Shown here piece after piece: positions 10,847 through 19,764 of a stretch of DNA of 50,562 bases (its first letter is position 1; each line of letters opens with the position of its first letter). This stretch comes from Gemmatimonadota bacterium (GTDB lineage: Bacteria; Gemmatimonadota; Gemmatimonadetes; Longimicrobiales; Gaopeijiaceae), in NCBI GenBank assembly GCA_039589315.1, contig JBDHHQ010000035.1, positions 1-50,562 on the forward strand, read 5' to 3'. The translations under genes were made by a program, and so were the position numbers. A model generated the notes under the pieces. That model made no database searches. It was not told where the DNA came from and was given only the letters and a program-made list of their open reading frames with translations.

Positions 10847-10885
10847 GGGAGCGGATGGGGGACTAGCTGCCCCGCCGGTCGGATC

Positions 10886-10936
10886 CAAGCGTAAGAGGCC
10901 CGACGCCCTGATGGGACGCCGGGCCTCTTGCGTTTG
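10886..10936 (+). terminator. Probable intrinsic terminator hairpin
   Basis: CAAGCGTAAGAGGCCCG ... CGGGCCTCTTGCGTTTG inverted repeat (with G-U pairs) 40 nt after the 10846 stop, between convergent genes; U-tract is weak. Confidence 0.55.
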
Positions 10937-11114
10937 CCACACTCCGGGGGTCGACGAGTCGCGGCGCTCGGGGTTCGCGATTGCCCCTAGCGCACAAAGC
11001 CCTCAGCGCGTCCCGCCGCACTCATCGGTCGCATCTCCCGCCGCCTGAGCACCGCCCGACGCTCCCCATGGTAAGACCCGGCGGCGCCAGGTCGACGGAT
11101 GCGCGAACGGCCCG

Positions 11115-12152
11115 TCAGGACGGCGGCGGTGGGCTCCCCCTCAGCGTCACCGTCTCGCCGCCCCGGAGCACGGTGAGCGTCACGGGTTGGCCGGGCATCA
11201 GGCGTTGGATGGCGTCCAAGATGCGGGGCATCTGCTGGAACTCCTCACCGAAGTCCATCCCCATGGCGCCGATCAGGATGTCGCCACCGATCAGGAAGCT
11301 CTGCCCGGCGATCTCCATCTCGAGAACGCTGGGGCGAACGCCCAATGTCTCTGCTGCGGAGCCGGTGGCGACCCGCTGGACGAGGGCGCCGGTGTGCGGA
11401 GGGGGGACGTTCAGAATGCGCGCCAACGCACCCTCGAGCGGGAGCAGCTCCCAGCCCCAATACCTCGTGCTCGGGTCTTCCAGCGTTGCCCGAGCCTGGT
11501 TCGAAGTGACCGCGTAGCCCAGCCCCTGGAACCCACCCGTGGTGGAGAGGATGTGGCTCACGACACCGATGAGCTCGCCGTTCATGGTGAACATCGGCCC
11601 GCCGGAGTTCCCCGGATTGATGGCCGCGTCCGTCTGGAACAGCTCTACGGGCTCGAAGCTGGTGAACATGAACGGATTGTCCCGTCGCGCGCTGATGTGG
11701 CCCACCGTGAGGGTGTGGGTCTGCCCAAGAGGCGCGCCCACCACGAACACCTCGTCCCCGACCCTCGACTGGTCGGAGTCGCCTACGACGACCGGGGCCG
11801 TGGGTGCCGCTCTGGACAGCTCCAGCAGGGCGACGTCCGAGGCCTGATCCGAGGCGCGCACGCGGGCTTCAATGGTGTCTCCCGTCGTAAACTCCACCCA
11901 CACTTGATCCGCGGCCTGAACGACGTGGGCCGCTGTGAGTATCTCGGTGGGTGAGATCACGGCGCCGGAGCCGAGGCCGCCAACCGAAGTGGGCTGACCG
12001 CCTCGCGCCACGTTCGCGTAGTCGGTTTGGGTCGTGTAGATGACCACGACCGCGTCCTTCACCCGATCGAAGATTGGGCCTACGTCCTGAGCGGTGCCGT
12101 TGGAGGGGACCGCTAACGAGGCCGCCAGAATCAGTGCAGAGAGAAAACGCAA
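11115..12152 (-). CDS. HtrA/DegP-like S1C serine protease with one PDZ domain
   Basis: Triad motifs LTAAHVV, SDVALL, AAINPGNSGGP; PDZ-like GDILIG..VTLTVLRGG; TTG start 7 nt after AAAGGA. Confidence 0.92.
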   Translation of the reverse strand: MRFLSALILAASLAVPSNGTAQDVGPIFDRVKDAVVVIYTTQTDYANVARGGQPTSVGGLGSGAVISPTEILTAAHVVQAADQVWVEFTTGDTIEARVRASDQASDVALLELSRAAPTAPVVVGDSDQSRVGDEVFVVGAPLGQTHTLTVGHISARRDNPFMFTSFEPVELFQTDAAINPGNSGGPMFTMNGELIGVVSHILSTTGGFQGLGYAVTSNQARATLEDPSTRYWGWELLPLEGALARILNVPPPHTGALVQRVATGSAAETLGVRPSVLEMEIAGQSFLIGGDILIGAMGMDFGEEFQQMPRILDAIQRLMPGQPVTLTVLRGGETVTLRGSPPPPS

Positions 12153-12322
12153 CGCATGGTCCTTTCGTTGTGGTCGGTCGGAGGGGCGGCCGGGGTCCGG
12201 TGGGACTGCGGGTCCGGTGGACCCGAGTTGGCCGCTTGTCCCTCGATTGGCCGTCAGTATAGGTTCGACCGGCAGCCCAGGCCACGATCCCTGGCCGGGG
12301 ATTCCGCTCTTCCGGTGACCTC

Positions 12323-13357
12323 GTGAGACCGCTCCTACTTCTTGCAGCCCTGGTGGTTCCAGCGGTCGCCGCGGCCCAGACCGGCGGCGGCGAGGCGGGA
12401 GCGCTCCGGGCCGCCTGGGAGGCCCGTGCCATTGGGGGGGGCGTGCACCGTCCGAGTGGCGAGAGCGCCAGGATCACATCCCGGCCGGTCCGGTCCGGTC
12501 CGGGCTCCGCGGTAGGGTCACCGACCTCGGGGTTCGGCCGGCTTCAGGTCACCGCAGCCGATTCCACGTCGGAGGGCCGCAACGTCTTCAAGGACTTCGG
12601 CGGTGGCGTGGTGAGCCTCGGCCAAGACGCCCTGGACTTCATCACCGAGCCGTTCCACCTGTCGGAGCGGCAGTGGCTGGAGGTGGGCGTGGTGGTGGGG
12701 GCGGGCTTGGTCCTCTTCGCCTTCGACCAGCAGATCCACGACTTCATCATCGGCAGCCAGGACGAGGCGCCCTGGTCCACAATCAAAGACGTCGGCGATT
12801 TCTTCGAGCCGCTCGGTCTCATGAACAACACGAACCCTTTCTGGCTGGCCGGGATCGGCGTGACCTATGCGTTCAAACAGGAGCCGGCCATGCGGGTCTT
12901 CCAGCAGCTCCTCTTCTCGCACCTCGTCTCGGGCGCCACGATGGTGGTGCCCCGGTCCCTGATCGGGCGGGTGCGACCCCGGAACTCCCCCGACGACCCC
13001 TACGTGTTCCGGCCCTTCGATGGCACGTCGTTCCCGTCGGGCCACGCGTCCACGATCTTCGAGGTGGCCCGCGTCGTTTCTAACGCCCTGGACTGGTGGC
13101 CGGCGACCGCCGCTCTCTACGGCGTGGCCGGCACCGTCGCCTACCAGCGAATGGTCGAGGAGACCGACCCGGAGACGGGCGAGATCACGAAAGGGGCGCC
13201 CCACTGGCCCTCGGACGTGTACTTCGGCGCGTGGTACGGTGTGGTGGCCGCCAACATCGTGATCCGGAACGACGAGCCGGACGCCAATCCCCATATCCAG
13301 ACGGGCATCCGCCCCAGCACGGGGGCCCTTCAGCTGCAGGTGCGGTACAGGTTCTAG
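12323..13357 (+). CDS. PAP2-family phosphatase
   Basis: GRVRP, SFPSGHAS and HWPSDV motifs; signal peptide and hydrophobic segments. Confidence 0.85.
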   Translation: MRPLLLLAALVVPAVAAAQTGGGEAGALRAAWEARAIGGGVHRPSGESARITSRPVRSGPGSAVGSPTSGFGRLQVTAADSTSEGRNVFKDFGGGVVSLGQDALDFITEPFHLSERQWLEVGVVVGAGLVLFAFDQQIHDFIIGSQDEAPWSTIKDVGDFFEPLGLMNNTNPFWLAGIGVTYAFKQEPAMRVFQQLLFSHLVSGATMVVPRSLIGRVRPRNSPDDPYVFRPFDGTSFPSGHASTIFEVARVVSNALDWWPATAALYGVAGTVAYQRMVEETDPETGEITKGAPHWPSDVYFGAWYGVVAANIVIRNDEPDANPHIQTGIRPSTGALQLQVRYRF

Positions 13358-13468
13358 GCAGCACGTTGGGCGTCAGACCATGCCCCGATCCGCGTTCGCG
13401 GACTGGGGCTCTCGGCAGCAGTGCCACGTCCCTCTACGATCGACCTCGGCGGCGGAGCGGACCTGGCG

Positions 13469-16400
13469 TCAGGCCGGTGAGGGCGCCTCACCCGGTGGAG
13501 GCCGGGGGGGCCCCGGGGTCGCTGAAGGCGGCGCGCTCGCTCCCGTCTTCGCTTGCCCACGCCGGAACAGCTTGCTCCAAACGCCCTCCACCACCGCATA
13601 TAGCGTAGGAATGAAGAACACGCCCAGGATCGTGTAGATGAGCATCCCACCGAACACGGCGGTCCCCAAGGACACGCGGCTGCGCGCTCCAGCTCCCGTG
13701 GCGACAACGAGCGGGATCACGCCCAGGATGAACGAGAATGCCGTCATCAGGATGGGCCGGAAGCGAAGCCGCGCCGCCTCCGACGCTGCCTCGATGAAGC
13801 CCTTTCCTTGCTGCTCGTGCTGCTGCTTGGCGAACTCCACGATCAGGATCGCGGTCTTCGCGGACAGAGCGATGAGTAGCACGATGCCGATCTGGGTGTA
13901 GATGTTGTTCTCCATCGGCTGGATGAGACCCCGGCCCAGCGTCAGCAGCATCGCCCCGAGAATGGCCATGGGTACGGACAGCATCACAGACATGGGGTTG
14001 GCCCAGCTCTCGTACTGGGCTGCCAGGAACAGGAAGCCGAAGATGATGGCCAGACTGAAGATCAAGGGCGCCAGGTTTCCAGCGGCCTTCTGCTGGTAGG
14101 TAACCCCGGACCACTCATAGGCCATCTGACCCGGCAGAATCTGTCCAGCAAGGCCCTCGATGTAGTCCGTGGCCTGCCCGTCGGAATATCCGGCGTCGGG
14201 AGCGCCCGTGAGCGTGGCCGAGCGATAGAGGTTGAAGCGGTTCACCGTCTGTGGACCTACGGTGTCCCGGACCACGGCGAGCGTACCGACCGGAATCATG
14301 TTGCCGGCTGCGTCGCGGACCTCGAGGCGCGAGATGTCCTCGGTCCGGGCCCTGAACTGCTGGTCCGCCTGGGCCATCACCTTCCAGGTGCGCCCGAACA
14401 GGTTGAAGTCGTTGACGTAGGCCGACCCCAGGTTGGCTTGGAGGGTGTTGAACACGGTTTGGAGGGGGATCCCCAGGGCTTTTACCTTTTCCCGGTCGAC
14501 TTCGGCATAGAGCTGAGGCACGTTGGCCCGGAAGTTCTGGTTCATGCGGGTCAGGACGGGACTCGCGTTCCCCTGCGCGACCATGTCGTTGGCGTAGGTC
14601 TCGAGCTGGATCAAGCCGAGGCCGCCCCGGTCCTGAAGCTGCATCTCGAATCCCCCCGCCGCGCCCAGGCCCTGAATGGGCGGTGGGGGAAACGCGAATA
14701 CGGTGGCCTCCCGAATGGATGCCAGCTCGGGCTGGAGCCGGCCGAGCAGTCCCCACAACGAGAGCCCGAAGCCCGGTCGGTCGTCCCAGTGGTCCAGCGT
14801 TGCGATGGAGAATCCCGTATTGGAGCTGGCGACTCCGTTCAGCAGCGAAAACCCGCCCACTGTGATGACGTTGCGCACACCAGCGGTATTCAGGAGGATC
14901 TGGTTGACCTCGTCCATCACCGCTTCGCTCCGCTCGAGCGATGAGCCGGCGGGGAGCTCGGCGTCGATGAAGAAGTAGCCTTCATCCTCGCCAGGCACGA
15001 AGCCACCGGGGACCGCCGAGAAGGAGATGATCATGGCCACGAACATGCCGCCGAAGGCCAGCATCATACGGCCAGGCCGCTTGAGACCCCCGTCCACGAG
15101 GCCCATGTACTTCTCGGTCATGCGGTCGAAGATGTCGTTGAACCAGGTGAAGAATCGGCCCTTTCCCCCGGACTCCGAAGACGGCCTGAGCAGCATGCCA
15201 CAAAGAGCGGGACTCAGGGTGAGCGCGTTCACCGAGGACAGCACGGTGGCCACCGAGATCGTCGCGGCGAACTGACGGTAGAGTCGGCCCGTCAGCCCGG
15301 GCATGACCATGGTGGGAATGAAGACGGCGAGGAGCACCAACGTCGTAGCCACGACCGCGCCCCCCACCTCGTGCATGGTCTTCTTGGCGGCTTCTTTGGG
15401 GTCCAGCCCCTCGTCGTCCATGACCCGAATCGTGTTCTCCGTGACCATGATCGAGTCGTCTACCACGATCCCGATGGCCAGGATCAACCCGAACAGGCTC
15501 AGGTTGTTGATGGAGAATCCGGCGGCCAGCAACACCGCGAAGGTGCCTACCAGCGAAACCGGGATGGCGAACGTAGGCACCAACGTGGCTCGCCAGTCTT
15601 GCAGGAAGATGAACACGACGAGGATCACCAGCACGATCGCCATCAGCAGCGTCGTGATCACCTCGCTGATCGACTGCTTGATGTAGTCCGTCGTGTCGAA
15701 CGGGACCACGTACTCCAGCCCCTCGGGGAAGCGCAGCGAAAGCTCTTCCATGGTCTCGACCACGGCCTCCGACATGTTGACCGCGTTGGCCCCCGGAAGC
15801 TGGTAGATCCCGATCGCGATGGAGGGTGCCGCGTCGAGCTCGGCGTACCACGTGTAGTTCTGGGCTCCCAGCTCGATACGGGCCACGTCGCCGAGCCGGA
15901 CGAATTCACCACGCGCACCCGTCTTCACGATGACGCTCTCGAACTGGCTCACCTCGGCCAGTCGCCCGAGCGTCGTGATCGTGTATTGGAAGTTGATGCC
16001 TGCGTCGGAGGGCGGTGCGCCGATCTGGCCGGCAGCCACCTGGACGTTCTGTTCCCGCAGCGCCTGGAGGACCTCGTCGCTGGTGAGATCCCGCGCCTTG
16101 AGCTTGGCAGGGTCGAGCCAGATGCGCATGCCGAAGTCCTTGGCACCGAAGACCTGCACCAGACCCACGCCCTCCAGCCGCGCGAGCACGTCCTTGATCT
16201 GAGTCGTGACGTAATTGCTCAGGTAGATGTCGTCGTACCGTCCGTCCGGGGAGATGACCGACACCACCATGACCAGCTGGGTCGACTGCTTCTCGACCTT
16301 TACGCCCTGACGGGACACCTCCTCGGGAAGCACGGGCATGGCGATATTCACCCGGTTCTGGGTGAGCACCGTGGCCATGTCGGGGTCGGTGCCGATCTCG

Positions 16401-16690
16401 AAGGTGACGGTCAAGTCGAGACTCCCGTCACTCCCGCTCTTGGAGGACATGTACAGCATGTCCTCCACGCCGTTGACCTCCTGCTCGATGGGCGCCGTGA
16501 CCGTCTCTTCGACGACCGTGGCGTTCGCGCCAGGATAGCTCGACGTGACCTTGACGGTGGGAGGGGTGATGTCCGGCATGCTGGAGACCGGCAAGAGCGG
16601 GATCGACAGCACGCCCAGCAGGACGATCACGATGGAGATGACCATCGCGAAGATGGGCCGGTTGATGAACAGCGAGCTGAATGCGCCCAT
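13469..16690 (-). CDS. RND efflux permease (HAE1, AcrB/MexF-like)
   Basis: 1073 aa; FINRPIFAMVISI, LAIGIVVDDSI, ILIVEFAK, RFRPILMT. Confidence 0.96.
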   Translation of the reverse strand: MGAFSSLFINRPIFAMVISIVIVLLGVLSIPLLPVSSMPDITPPTVKVTSSYPGANATVVEETVTAPIEQEVNGVEDMLYMSSKSGSDGSLDLTVTFEIGTDPDMATVLTQNRVNIAMPVLPEEVSRQGVKVEKQSTQLVMVVSVISPDGRYDDIYLSNYVTTQIKDVLARLEGVGLVQVFGAKDFGMRIWLDPAKLKARDLTSDEVLQALREQNVQVAAGQIGAPPSDAGINFQYTITTLGRLAEVSQFESVIVKTGARGEFVRLGDVARIELGAQNYTWYAELDAAPSIAIGIYQLPGANAVNMSEAVVETMEELSLRFPEGLEYVVPFDTTDYIKQSISEVITTLLMAIVLVILVVFIFLQDWRATLVPTFAIPVSLVGTFAVLLAAGFSINNLSLFGLILAIGIVVDDSIMVTENTIRVMDDEGLDPKEAAKKTMHEVGGAVVATTLVLLAVFIPTMVMPGLTGRLYRQFAATISVATVLSSVNALTLSPALCGMLLRPSSESGGKGRFFTWFNDIFDRMTEKYMGLVDGGLKRPGRMMLAFGGMFVAMIISFSAVPGGFVPGEDEGYFFIDAELPAGSSLERSEAVMDEVNQILLNTAGVRNVITVGGFSLLNGVASSNTGFSIATLDHWDDRPGFGLSLWGLLGRLQPELASIREATVFAFPPPPIQGLGAAGGFEMQLQDRGGLGLIQLETYANDMVAQGNASPVLTRMNQNFRANVPQLYAEVDREKVKALGIPLQTVFNTLQANLGSAYVNDFNLFGRTWKVMAQADQQFRARTEDISRLEVRDAAGNMIPVGTLAVVRDTVGPQTVNRFNLYRSATLTGAPDAGYSDGQATDYIEGLAGQILPGQMAYEWSGVTYQQKAAGNLAPLIFSLAIIFGFLFLAAQYESWANPMSVMLSVPMAILGAMLLTLGRGLIQPMENNIYTQIGIVLLIALSAKTAILIVEFAKQQHEQQGKGFIEAASEAARLRFRPILMTAFSFILGVIPLVVATGAGARSRVSLGTAVFGGMLIYTILGVFFIPTLYAVVEGVWSKLFRRGQAKTGASAPPSATPGPPRPPPGEAPSPA

Positions 16691-16692
16691 GG

Positions 16693-17922
16693 TCAGCTCC
16701 CCTCGCCTGACGTCGCCGTATCGCCCTCGTCGGCCGGACCGATGGTCGGCTGGCGTGTCTGGGTGGCCGCGGCCTGCACCACCGTTTCCGGAGTCACCGG
16801 GAACCCGGGTCGCGCACGCAGCATCCCGTTCACCACGTAGTCCTCGGTGCCGTCGAGGCCCTCCTCGACGACCACCGTCCCGTCATCCTGGATCGGGCCA
16901 AGCGTCACGTAGCGCTGTTCCACGATGTTGTCCTCGCCCAGGACGAGCACGTACTTCCCACCCAGGTCGGTGCCGATGGCGCGTTCTTCGACGAGGATCG
17001 CGTCGTAGCGGACGGGTCCGAGCACGCGGATCCGCACGAACAGGCCCGGAAAGAGGATCAGGTCGTCGTTGGGCAGGATTGCGCGGAGCTCGATCGTGCC
17101 CGTGTTGGGGTCGACGGTGTTGTTGATGAAGTCGATCTCGCCACGATGCGGGAATCGCCCGGTCTCGTTGGCAGTCTCTACGTGGACGACGCCGACCCGT
17201 TCGTCCTCGCCGAGTCCTCCCTGGGCAGAGTCGGCCCTGGCCTGCAGGAGGGAGAGGACCTCACGCTCGGGCACGTTGAAGTAGACCCAGATGGGCGATA
17301 CCCGGGTCACCGTGGTCAGGAGCGTGGGCTCGCCGGCTCCGACCAGGTTGCCGAGGTCCACGAAGTTGCGGCTGACCTGGCCGGTGACCGGGGTCTCGAC
17401 CGACGTGTAGTCCAGGTTGATGACCGCTTGGTCAAGTCGTGCACGCGCCGCCAGCAGTGCTGCGTTGGCTTGATCCCTCGTGGCCAAGGCTCGGTCGAGG
17501 TCCTGCTGGCTCACCGCGTTGGATTGGATGGCGAGCTGGATGCGCTCCAGGTCGGACTGGGACCGGCTGAGCTCGCTCTCGGCCGAAGCGACCGAGGCGA
17601 CCGCCTCGTCGTAAGACGCCTTGTAGGGCTCGGGCTCGATCAGGAAGAGCACATCGCCGCGGTTCACGTAGCTCGACGGCGCGAAGTACATCTCGCGAAG
17701 CTGTCCAGAGATCCGGGCCCGGATCTCGGCGTACTCCGTCGCCCGGGTCGTGCCGGTGAACTCTCCGAAGGTCTGTACGTCGCTCCGCGTCGGCTGGGTG
17801 ACCGTGACGGCCGGAGCCTGCAGCGGAGGCGGTCCCTCGCCTCCGCACGCCGCGAGTGTCAGCGCCATCGCCAGCAAGGGCGCAGCAGTCCGGAAGCCGT
17901 GATCTCGATTCAACGCGTCCAT
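16693..17922 (-). CDS. RND periplasmic adaptor (membrane fusion lipoprotein)
   Basis: Lipobox LAAC; EIRARISG, GDVLFLIEP, NLDYTSVETPVTG, NTGTIELRA, LFPGLFVRIR. Confidence 0.94.
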   Translation of the reverse strand: MDALNRDHGFRTAAPLLAMALTLAACGGEGPPPLQAPAVTVTQPTRSDVQTFGEFTGTTRATEYAEIRARISGQLREMYFAPSSYVNRGDVLFLIEPEPYKASYDEAVASVASAESELSRSQSDLERIQLAIQSNAVSQQDLDRALATRDQANAALLAARARLDQAVINLDYTSVETPVTGQVSRNFVDLGNLVGAGEPTLLTTVTRVSPIWVYFNVPEREVLSLLQARADSAQGGLGEDERVGVVHVETANETGRFPHRGEIDFINNTVDPNTGTIELRAILPNDDLILFPGLFVRIRVLGPVRYDAILVEERAIGTDLGGKYVLVLGEDNIVEQRYVTLGPIQDDGTVVVEEGLDGTEDYVVNGMLRARPGFPVTPETVVQAAATQTRQPTIGPADEGDTATSGEGS

Positions 17923-19581
17923 CTATCGATTCTCCTCGTTCCCACTCTCGGTTGGGGCGAGACCGTCGCTCCCGCTGTCTTCTGGGCCGTCGGTCTGATC
18001 GGACTCCAGGCCGGCTGATCCCGGCCCGGCACCACCGTCCAGCTGGCGATCCGCCTGGCCGTTCCGCTGGTCCGGTGCCTGCTCTTCGAGCACCCAACCC
18101 CCGCCCAGGGACCGGTTGAGGACCACGAGGGACTGCACGACCAGACCCTCGCTCTCGGCCAACTGGTCCTGCTGCTGGAACAGCGACCGCTGCGAATCCA
18201 GCAGGTTCTGGAAGTTGGTGAGCCCGGCCAGGTACTGGGTCCGCACCAGCTCCACCGCCCTGGAGCTGGCGTCCACGGCCTCCTGGAGCCGGTCTCGCCG
18301 TTGGCGTTCCCGGTCGTAGGCCACGAGCGAGTTCTCCACCTCTTCCAGTGCCAGCAGAATTGTCTGTTGATAGCCCAGCAGCGCCTGCTCGGTGCGGGCT
18401 TCCTGGGCCCGGATGTTGTTCCGGATCTTTCCGCCCTGGAACAGGTCCCAGCGGAAGCCCGGGATGAGGCCCCAACCGCCGCTCTCCGAGTCGAACTGAC
18501 CGGTGAAGGTGTTTGCCACGCCCTCGATGAATCCGGAGATGGAGAACGTGGGGTAGAGGTCGGCCTTGGCCACGCCGATGAGGGCGGTCTGTGAGGCCAG
18601 AACGCGCTCGGCCCGCCGGACATCCGGGCGGCGCCGGAGCAGGTCGGCCGGGACGCCCGAAGTGATGGTCTCCGGCGTATCCGGGATGGGCGTCATCGTC
18701 GCGAGCTCGCCGTCCAGAGCGCCCGGCTGTTCGCCGATGAGCACGGCCAGCCGATTCAGGGCCGCGTTGAGGGCGGCCTCGAGCGTGGGGACGAGGGACT
18801 CGGTCTGGGCAAGGTTCTGCTCAGCCTGCGCCACGTCCAGCGCGGAGGTGAGCCCGGCGTTGAACCGGTCCTGCGTGAGTCCCAGGCTCTCGCGCTGGGC
18901 GTCGGCGTTGGACCGGGCGAAGTCCAGTCGCAGCTGCAGAGCACGGACGTCGGCGTAGTTGAGGGCCACCTCGGCGTACAACGAGACCAGCACGTCCCGG
19001 TAGTCCTCGATCCCGGCTTCGAGCTGGGCATCGGCTGCTTCGACGTTGCGTCGGATGCGGCCGAACAGGTCGATCTCCCAAGCCGAGCTGGCGGCGGTAC
19101 TCCAATTCTCGATGGGATCGTTCTCGGCACCACCAGCGATGATGATCCGGCCGGTGGCGCTGTTGTCCGAGAACTGCCGGTACGAGTAGGAGCCTTCGAG
19201 CACCAGATTCGGGTAGAGGTCACCCTTGGCGATTCCCCGGAGCGCACGTGCCTCGGCCACACGCGCCACCGCGACGCCCAAGTCGAGGTTGGCGACCTCC
19301 GACCGTCGAATGAGGTCCGTCAGCACCGGGTCTCCCAAGCCCTCCCACCACCGTTCGATGTCGGGCGTCTCTGCGGTCATCTCGGCTTCGACAGCCGCAG
19401 TCCACTCGTCCGCGACCGGGACGACGGGCTCCTCGTAGTCGGGCCCGACCTTGCAGGCCGACACCAGGGCCAGGGCGGCCAGGGCCACCACGACCGGCCC
19501 CGGGCCTGGTCGAGCGAACTGTTGGTCAGCGACGGGGGAGCGTCCGCGAACGCCGGCGTGATCCTTCTGAACGCGGCCCAT
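17923..19581 (-). CDS. Outer-membrane efflux lipoprotein (NodT/OprM family)
   Basis: VSACKVGPDY, WEIDLFGRIRR, PADLLRRRPDVRRAER, SLGGGW. Start uncertain (19641, 19581 or later). Confidence 0.93.
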   Translation of the reverse strand: MGRVQKDHAGVRGRSPVADQQFARPGPGPVVVALAALALVSACKVGPDYEEPVVPVADEWTAAVEAEMTAETPDIERWWEGLGDPVLTDLIRRSEVANLDLGVAVARVAEARALRGIAKGDLYPNLVLEGSYSYRQFSDNSATGRIIIAGGAENDPIENWSTAASSAWEIDLFGRIRRNVEAADAQLEAGIEDYRDVLVSLYAEVALNYADVRALQLRLDFARSNADAQRESLGLTQDRFNAGLTSALDVAQAEQNLAQTESLVPTLEAALNAALNRLAVLIGEQPGALDGELATMTPIPDTPETITSGVPADLLRRRPDVRRAERVLASQTALIGVAKADLYPTFSISGFIEGVANTFTGQFDSESGGWGLIPGFRWDLFQGGKIRNNIRAQEARTEQALLGYQQTILLALEEVENSLVAYDRERQRRDRLQEAVDASSRAVELVRTQYLAGLTNFQNLLDSQRSLFQQQDQLAESEGLVVQSLVVLNRSLGGGWVLEEQAPDQRNGQADRQLDGGAGPGSAGLESDQTDGPEDSGSDGLAPTESGNEENR

Positions 19582-19764
19582 GCTCAGGTCCTTTGCATGC
19601 AGGGAAGGCAAAGCGAGAGGCGCTCTCACCCGCCTCTTCATCGAGCGTGGCGGGGAGCCGCGATGTCGGAGGGCAGGGGGAGCCGTCGAGTCTTCAGTGA
19701 GGGGGACAACTTCCTGCGCTTCCCGCCCTTTGGCAACACCAAGGGGGTCCGCCGCCCCGCAGGC

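Noticed and set aside
9149..10942. 597-aa minus-strand ORF and similar long shadow ORFs (19930-21702 +, 27146-28621 -, 32942-34552 -, 45845-47335 +)
   Set aside because: They lie antisense to well-supported genes and carry no motifs; expected from stop-codon scarcity at high GC.
12155..12157. ATG near the protease RBS as its start codon
   Set aside because: Out of frame (8-codon ORF) and only 2 nt from the SD; the in-frame TTG at 12152 has the proper spacing.
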